Source: Planctomycetota bacterium (GTDB lineage Bacteria > Planctomycetota > PLA2 > JAEUHO01). Taken from it: a stretch of DNA of 64,000 nucleotides. A model generated the notes under the pieces. The model had not been told where the DNA came from. It saw only the letters and a program-made list of their open reading frames with translations, and did not search any database. Positions 58,879 to 64,000 of the stretch are shown piece by piece (position 1 is the stretch's first letter; the number at the start of each line of letters is the position of its first letter). A program made the position numbers and the translations under genes. The stretch is taken from positions 1,984,001 through 2,048,000 of the forward strand of contig CBDCTJ010000007.1 in the NCBI GenBank assembly GCA_965222115.1, read 5' to 3'.

Positions 58879-60954
58879 TTATTTCTCCGTGAGTGCGATT
58901 GCGCCATCCCAAGAATCGGAAGGCGGATCGTCTCGATAGGCTCCGGCTGCCTGTGCGTGGAGAGTGTACCCCTTTTCACCGGGCTGACCACGCCGTTCGA
59001 ATGCAAGGGCTTGAAAGCGCTCTTCGGCCCTCTCGAACGCCCCTGAATAGAAATCACGAAACGCGTCGTCCGCTCGCAATGCCAGCGCGGTGGCATTCGT
59101 ATCGTCGGCAACAAAGAACACTTCGATGGGTGCGTTGCGTCCAACGGCCCGGTACTTGCCCAAGGGGACGAGCTGGCTACGAAGCGGCTCACCTGTTGCA
59201 CGCGCGACTTCATTCGTAACAAGAATCGGCGCGCCCAGCGCTTTGGTCATGCCCTCAAGCCGCGATGCAGTGTTTACCACATCGCCCAACACGGTATACG
59301 AGCGGCGCTGTGGTGAACCCACGAGTCCGGCAATCACGTTGCCCGTGTGCACGCCAATGCCCGACCGGAACGGCCCCACGCCATCGGTCAAGAACCGATT
59401 GAAACGTCGCAGTTCTTCTTGCATAAACATTGCGGCGTGCAAAGCGCGATCGGCGTGGTGCATCGCGTCGTCACTTGCAGGAAAGAACGCCATCACGGCA
59501 TCGCCGATGAACTTATCCACCCGCCCTCTGTAGTACTCGACGCAGCGCGTCATACAACCGAAGTAGCGATTGAGTGTTGACACCAGCCGCTCGGCTGGCA
59601 AGCGTTCCGTAATCGTTGTAAATCCGCGCAGGTCGCAAAAGAGCACGGCCGCCTCTTCGCTGTGACCTTGAAACCCGTCTTGTCCGCCCTCCGTGAGCAG
59701 GCGTGCAATTTCCGCATGACCCACAAATCGACCGCTGCTATGTAGCATCCATGCATGCCGGTCAAAGGCTTTGAGCTTCTCATCGAGCCGCTTGCGCATT
59801 TCGTCGGCCGATGTCGCATCCAGTTCACGCAGCGCTTCGCGGATCAAGTCGGCTGCCAAACGTGCATCACCCGCGCGCATTGCCACATCGGCATTCGCCG
59901 CCAAGAGCGTCGCGCGATCGATCGGCGTAGTTTGGATCGCACGAGCGAAATGCGCGCGCGCTGCATCGAATGCGCTCAACGCTTCATCAATCTGCCCGAC
60001 ATCGGCAAACAGCGCCGCTCGTACTTGACTCGCCATTCCGCTCACATGGGGAAGGTCTGCGACGACAGCGCGATCTAGCTCGTCAAGTGCGTCGATATGT
60101 TCTCTTGCCTCTGCCACTCGACCCACGCGCTGCTCAAGGATGGCCAAGTGCACACGTGCAAACGCTTGCGATACCTCATCGCCTGTCGACTCCGCCAGAT
60201 GTTGGGACGCCGTCAACGCGTCGCGCGCGACATCGTGTTCGTGGCACTCGTAGTTGGCTACACCGATTTGTGTAAGGAGCGTGCACTTCAGTGATGTTGC
60301 GTCTGGCGCATGCTCAGCGACATGACGGTAGTCGTCTTCCAAATGCTGAATCGCGGCAGGGAAATCGCCAACCGCCATACACAACCGCCCCAGGTTCCCT
60401 TGCGTTAGCGCGATCCCGTGGATGTCACCCACGCGCCCCTTGGTTGCGAGTGCACGTTCAAAGGCGCGGCGCGCATCGTGAAGTAGCCCTTGGTGATGGA
60501 GGAGTTGGCCCATAGTGTCAAGCACGCGTCCCGCGTAGGCATCGGCGTATTCGGTTTCGTCCTGATCCAAGAGTTCCATACTGCGATTCAAAAACGTTGA
60601 AGCCGACAACACATTGTTTCCAGCGCGCCACGCCGCGGTTGCGCGCAGATGCATGACGACGCCGCGTGCGAACGGTGTTGACACAGCACCCGCACGTTCC
60701 GCGTCATCAAGGAAAGGCAGCAACACGGTTGTGGCGAGGATTGGATCACTGGCGATGGCGAGTGCGGCGCGAATCCGTTCGTCGAGCGATGCGACCAGCG
60801 GATCGTTGGCGTTTGTGAGTCGTTCGCAGACGCGGACGCGCGTCCGAGCGTCGATGCCAAGTTCCGTCATGAGATTGTCAAGTGTCTTCACAACGCGAAG
60901 CCTAATCGTCCTAGCCGCAGTTCCGTCACATTCGTCTTGTACGCCGCGTCCCAC
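58879..60954 (-). CDS. TPR-repeat class III adenylate/guanylate cyclase
   Basis: VLFCDLRGFT, DKFIGDAVMA, GIGVHTG, YTVLGDVVNTASRLEG, C-tail PP.DSWDGAI.LTEK; N-terminal TPRs. Start may be ATG 60870. Confidence 0.92.
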   Translation of the reverse strand: MGRGVQDECDGTAARTIRLRVVKTLDNLMTELGIDARTRVRVCERLTNANDPLVASLDERIRAALAIASDPILATTVLLPFLDDAERAGAVSTPFARGVVMHLRATAAWRAGNNVLSASTFLNRSMELLDQDETEYADAYAGRVLDTMGQLLHHQGLLHDARRAFERALATKGRVGDIHGIALTQGNLGRLCMAVGDFPAAIQHLEDDYRHVAEHAPDATSLKCTLLTQIGVANYECHEHDVARDALTASQHLAESTGDEVSQAFARVHLAILEQRVGRVAEAREHIDALDELDRAVVADLPHVSGMASQVRAALFADVGQIDEALSAFDAARAHFARAIQTTPIDRATLLAANADVAMRAGDARLAADLIREALRELDATSADEMRKRLDEKLKAFDRHAWMLHSSGRFVGHAEIARLLTEGGQDGFQGHSEEAAVLFCDLRGFTTITERLPAERLVSTLNRYFGCMTRCVEYYRGRVDKFIGDAVMAFFPASDDAMHHADRALHAAMFMQEELRRFNRFLTDGVGPFRSGIGVHTGNVIAGLVGSPQRRSYTVLGDVVNTASRLEGMTKALGAPILVTNEVARATGEPLRSQLVPLGKYRAVGRNAPIEVFFVADDTNATALALRADDAFRDFYSGAFERAEERFQALAFERRGQPGEKGYTLHAQAAGAYRDDPPSDSWDGAIALTEK

Positions 60955-61048
60955 CGCGTCCGCGAGAGGCTATTTGTCGTAGGCTAGGTGTCTGCCAACG
61001 AAGGAGAGCTCCGTGATCACCATTAGGATCGAGTCAAAGCGCGCGAAA

Positions 61049-62599
61049 ATGGCCTCGCCGCTAATTCGAACATGTGTCCTATTTCTAGCGCTCATTGCGA
61101 TCTCCATCGGATTGCCAGCGTGTGGGGGCGGTGGTGGTAGCGACACGACTGAATTGCCAATTGGGGAGCTGCGCGTGTTTGGCATGAGCGGGGAGGCGTT
61201 GCCGGGCCCGACAGCTGGAAACTTTGCGCCGTTTCCTGCCCAGCCGGTGATGGCCGCGGCGGAGAACGGATGGTCGGCACTGGTCGCACCGACAGACGTT
61301 GTGGCCGCGCCCAATGTGTTGCTCGTCATGGAGCCCGATGGCAATGTCGTTGAAGTTTGCGCGGAGGGTGACGCGGCATTGGCGCCCAGCGACGGAACAA
61401 TATCAGGCTTCCTCGCGGTTTGGATGGCGCCCGATGGTCGCGTCACCGCGTTGGTCACGATCACTGGCGATTCGCTTGTTGCACCGGGGCCACGTACGTT
61501 TGCGGTCATATCGGCAGAGATCGCGGGTGGTGTGGTGATGAACAAGATGGCCGTGATCACCGAACACGACGACGTCAACACTACACCCGACACCCTCGTT
61601 TCGATTGATCCATCGACGATGGTTGTTAGTGATCTAGGCGAGCTGTGGTTCATGGGCGTTACAAGCGCCGACGCCGACCAGGATCTGTTTGCGGTCAGCG
61701 CCGACGGCGCAACGATTCGCGAGATGGCCGTCGTGGGGGGATCGCTACCGAGTGGCGCGGGCACAATCCAGTCGGTGGACGCGTTTGGCATTGATCGCGA
61801 AGCGAAGTTCGTCGCCTTCGTCGCCGACGCGTCACTAGCCGCGGAACGACGACTGTATCTGACCGACGCAACAGCCGGCGGCGCTCCGGTCTACGACGAG
61901 CTGGCTCAGGACGGAGAGTTGCTTATCAACGAACCGGGGTCGATCAACGACGTCCACACGGGCGGGCCGATTCTCCTCGACTCGCTCGGAACAGTTGCAT
62001 GGCTGGCCGAAGGCACGCAGGGTGCCACGGATGACATGATATTGCTCACCAATGCCGTTGCTGCTGGCCCCGGTGTATTCGCCAGGACGGGTGACGAGGC
62101 ACCTCTGACCGCGGGTGGGACTTTTGGCGACTTGAACCTGCTCCGGCAAAGTCCCAATGTTTCTCTGCCCACGTTTACCGCTGAAGTCTCAGGCGGCACG
62201 ATTGACTTCGCGACGTATCAGCTCATATCCCAAAACAGTGCAGTTCCCCCCGCGATTTCAATATTCGATGGGCGCCCCGCGCCTGGACCCGTCAACGGTG
62301 GACTGTTTGGGACAACGTTTCCCGGACTCGATCAACCGCCCTATCAACACGTCGCTCGCAACGGTTCCTTTGCCTTTGCGCAGGTATTAACGAACGGCGA
62401 GACGGGGCTATTTTGGTTGGTGCCATTCGTGGGACTCTTCGACATTGCGATCGAGGGCCAGCCATCGCCGGTTGCAGGACAGACGTTTGAGACCTTTAAT
62501 GCCGCGCCGCCCCAGGGCGCCACCACCGCGAATGGCCAGGTGCTTTTCCGCGCAGAACTAACCGGCGGGCTGACGGGCGTTTTCCGCCAGGGCCCCTAA
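61049..62599 (+). CDS. Acidic lipoprotein with tandem beta-propeller-like repeats (DUF7453 / NxxGxxAF-like)
   Basis: Lipobox LPAC-GGGG; repeats 'A..G...P', 'NGSFAF', 'NGQVLFRA.L'. Confidence 0.65.
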   Translation: MASPLIRTCVLFLALIAISIGLPACGGGGGSDTTELPIGELRVFGMSGEALPGPTAGNFAPFPAQPVMAAAENGWSALVAPTDVVAAPNVLLVMEPDGNVVEVCAEGDAALAPSDGTISGFLAVWMAPDGRVTALVTITGDSLVAPGPRTFAVISAEIAGGVVMNKMAVITEHDDVNTTPDTLVSIDPSTMVVSDLGELWFMGVTSADADQDLFAVSADGATIREMAVVGGSLPSGAGTIQSVDAFGIDREAKFVAFVADASLAAERRLYLTDATAGGAPVYDELAQDGELLINEPGSINDVHTGGPILLDSLGTVAWLAEGTQGATDDMILLTNAVAAGPGVFARTGDEAPLTAGGTFGDLNLLRQSPNVSLPTFTAEVSGGTIDFATYQLISQNSAVPPAISIFDGRPAPGPVNGGLFGTTFPGLDQPPYQHVARNGSFAFAQVLTNGETGLFWLVPFVGLFDIAIEGQPSPVAGQTFETFNAAPPQGATTANGQVLFRAELTGGLTGVFRQGP

Positions 62600-62706
62600 G
62601 AGAGCCCTATTGGCGCGTCTCCAATGGACGCGAATCCAACAAGACTGCGTTGGTCGCCAAATAGGCAGCGATCGGTAAGGACTCGGCTATTCTCTGGAAC
62701 CCTCGC

Positions 62707-62796
62707 GGAGAGGTGGCCGAGCGGTCGAAGGCGCGTGCTTGGAAAGCACGTATACCCTCACGGGTATCGCAGGTTCAAATCCTGTTCTCTCCGCCA
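62707..62796 (+). tRNA. tRNA-Ser(GGA)
   Basis: GGAGAGGTGGCCGAGCGGTCGAAGGCG-CGTGC-TT-GGA-AA-GCACG, long variable arm, GGTTCAAATCC, GCCA end. Confidence 0.96.
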
Positions 62797-62848
62797 TTTT
62801 CTCTCAGCCGATTCAAGCAGCGTCCCGCCCCCTTTTTGACGCCAGGGG

Positions 62849-63976
62849 ATGAAGCGAGTCCTTGATACTGCACAGGTGAAGACCGAAGGACAGAACGGCC
62901 GGCACGCGCGGGGCCACGGCCGATTTGCGCACTGGATCGTCGAGCGCATTCTGCACCTGCGCCTCGCGCATCTGCTCTTCGCTGTTGCCTGCATGGTTGT
63001 CTTTGGAACGCTGGGCTACATGGCCTTTGCCGGCATCGGCCCCATGGATGCGTTGTTTCAAGCGGTCAATGTCGTTACGACGGTCGGGGCGGAGAACTTG
63101 GCCGACAGTGCGTGGGGACGCGCATTCGGGATCGTTTATTCGCTCTTGGGCGTTGCCCTTGCATCGCTGACACTTTCGGCGATAGCAGCCGCCATTGTCG
63201 AGGGTCGTATTCGCTCCGTCATCGGGAGACGTCGTATGGATCATGCAATCTCGGAACTTCGCGATCACGTGATTCTCTGTGGTTACGGGCGCTTCGGTCA
63301 ACTGACGGCGTCGGAGCTTCGACGGGCAGGTGTGCCTTTCGTCGTGATCGAGATCGACCACAAACATGTGGAAGCCGCGGAGACCCACGAGATGCTCGTG
63401 ATGGAAGCCGATGCCACGGAGGAAGCCACGTTGCGCCGGGTCGGCATTGAACATGCACGCGCGCTCCTTTGTACGTTGCCGTCCGATGCGGAAAATCTCT
63501 ACGTGATTCTCACGGCTCGCGACATGCGCGCAGGCGCGGCCAATGACTTTCCCATTGTTACGCTTGCTCGGGCTCCCAATGCGAATCGAAAACTCAAGCG
63601 CGCGGGTGCAACACACGTCGTGAGTCCCTACGCCATTGGTTCGGTTCACATGGCGCGTCAGATTCTCTCGCCTCATTTGGTGGAAGTGCTCAACTTCGCG
63701 CGTAGCGGAAGCGACGGCTTGCAGAAAGCGGGCGTGTTTATGGAGGAATTCCGCATCCAACCCGACTCATCGCTTGTTGGACAGTCACTTGTCGATTCAC
63801 CGCTTCGGCGCGAGTGGAATGTGATGGTCGTGGCTGTGATCGGAAATGAGGACACGCCCATCTATTCGCCGCGTGCCGACTATGTCTTCCGCGCTGGCGA
63901 CGTGCTCGTGAGTGTGGGGCCCGATGAAGGACTCGCCAAGCTCGCCAAGGCCAGCCGAGATGGGGGCGAGACATAG
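62849..63976 (+). CDS. Two-TM potassium channel with TrkA-N/TrkA-C (RCK) domains
   Basis: DALFQAV..VTTVG pore, HVILCGYGRFG, DAT.E..L...GIE.A, AGATHVVSPY, TrkA-C domain. Confidence 0.9.
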   Translation: MKRVLDTAQVKTEGQNGRHARGHGRFAHWIVERILHLRLAHLLFAVACMVVFGTLGYMAFAGIGPMDALFQAVNVVTTVGAENLADSAWGRAFGIVYSLLGVALASLTLSAIAAAIVEGRIRSVIGRRRMDHAISELRDHVILCGYGRFGQLTASELRRAGVPFVVIEIDHKHVEAAETHEMLVMEADATEEATLRRVGIEHARALLCTLPSDAENLYVILTARDMRAGAANDFPIVTLARAPNANRKLKRAGATHVVSPYAIGSVHMARQILSPHLVEVLNFARSGSDGLQKAGVFMEEFRIQPDSSLVGQSLVDSPLRREWNVMVVAVIGNEDTPIYSPRADYVFRAGDVLVSVGPDEGLAKLAKASRDGGET

Positions 63977-64000
63977 CAACCGCGCGACCCGCGTCGACTT

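Noticed and set aside
35923-62796. One of the long-arm tRNAs being tRNA-Sec
   Set aside because: Anticodons read CAA and GGA, not TCA.

Overview
High-GC, gene-dense bacterial chromosome segment, most likely from Planctomycetota or a PVC relative. That taxonomy is inferred from the ASPIC/UnbV protein, the 'YDVRDL' secretin-N-like lipoprotein and the many carboxypeptidase-regulatory-like repeat proteins. Left end (0.3-6.4 kb): an intact group II intron (minus strand 539-2462, EBS1/IBS1 pairing visible) inserted in an array of short degenerate repeats, then an LRR-like gene and a GmrSD-type (DUF262-DUF1524) gene. Middle: a peptide-ABC/murJ/lptD/coaD run, a serine hydrolase, cobB, an archaeal-looking cis-prenyltransferase, an orphan adenine MTase, phoX, five paralogous membrane-anchored beta-repeat proteins around tRNA-Leu(CAA), an 8-PASTA protein, FKBP, an FGGY kinase, korAB, tRNA-Ser(GGA) and a K+ channel. 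Strongest observations: (1) two exported thioredoxin-fold selenoprotein candidates that the ORF track splits at in-frame UGA codons, each followed by a SECIS-like hairpin (24649-25953, CxU; 43959-44984, UxxC); (2) a tightly coupled two-gene unit of a TPR-adenylate cyclase and a transmembrane HEPN (RxxxxH) protein with an extracytoplasmic coiled-coil/TPR region (56327-60954), a candidate undescribed signalling or abortive-infection system; (3) three 33-bp palindromes bracketing a methyltransferase gene; (4) the intron homing into a repeat family. All family assignments come from motif recognition by eye; no searches were run.
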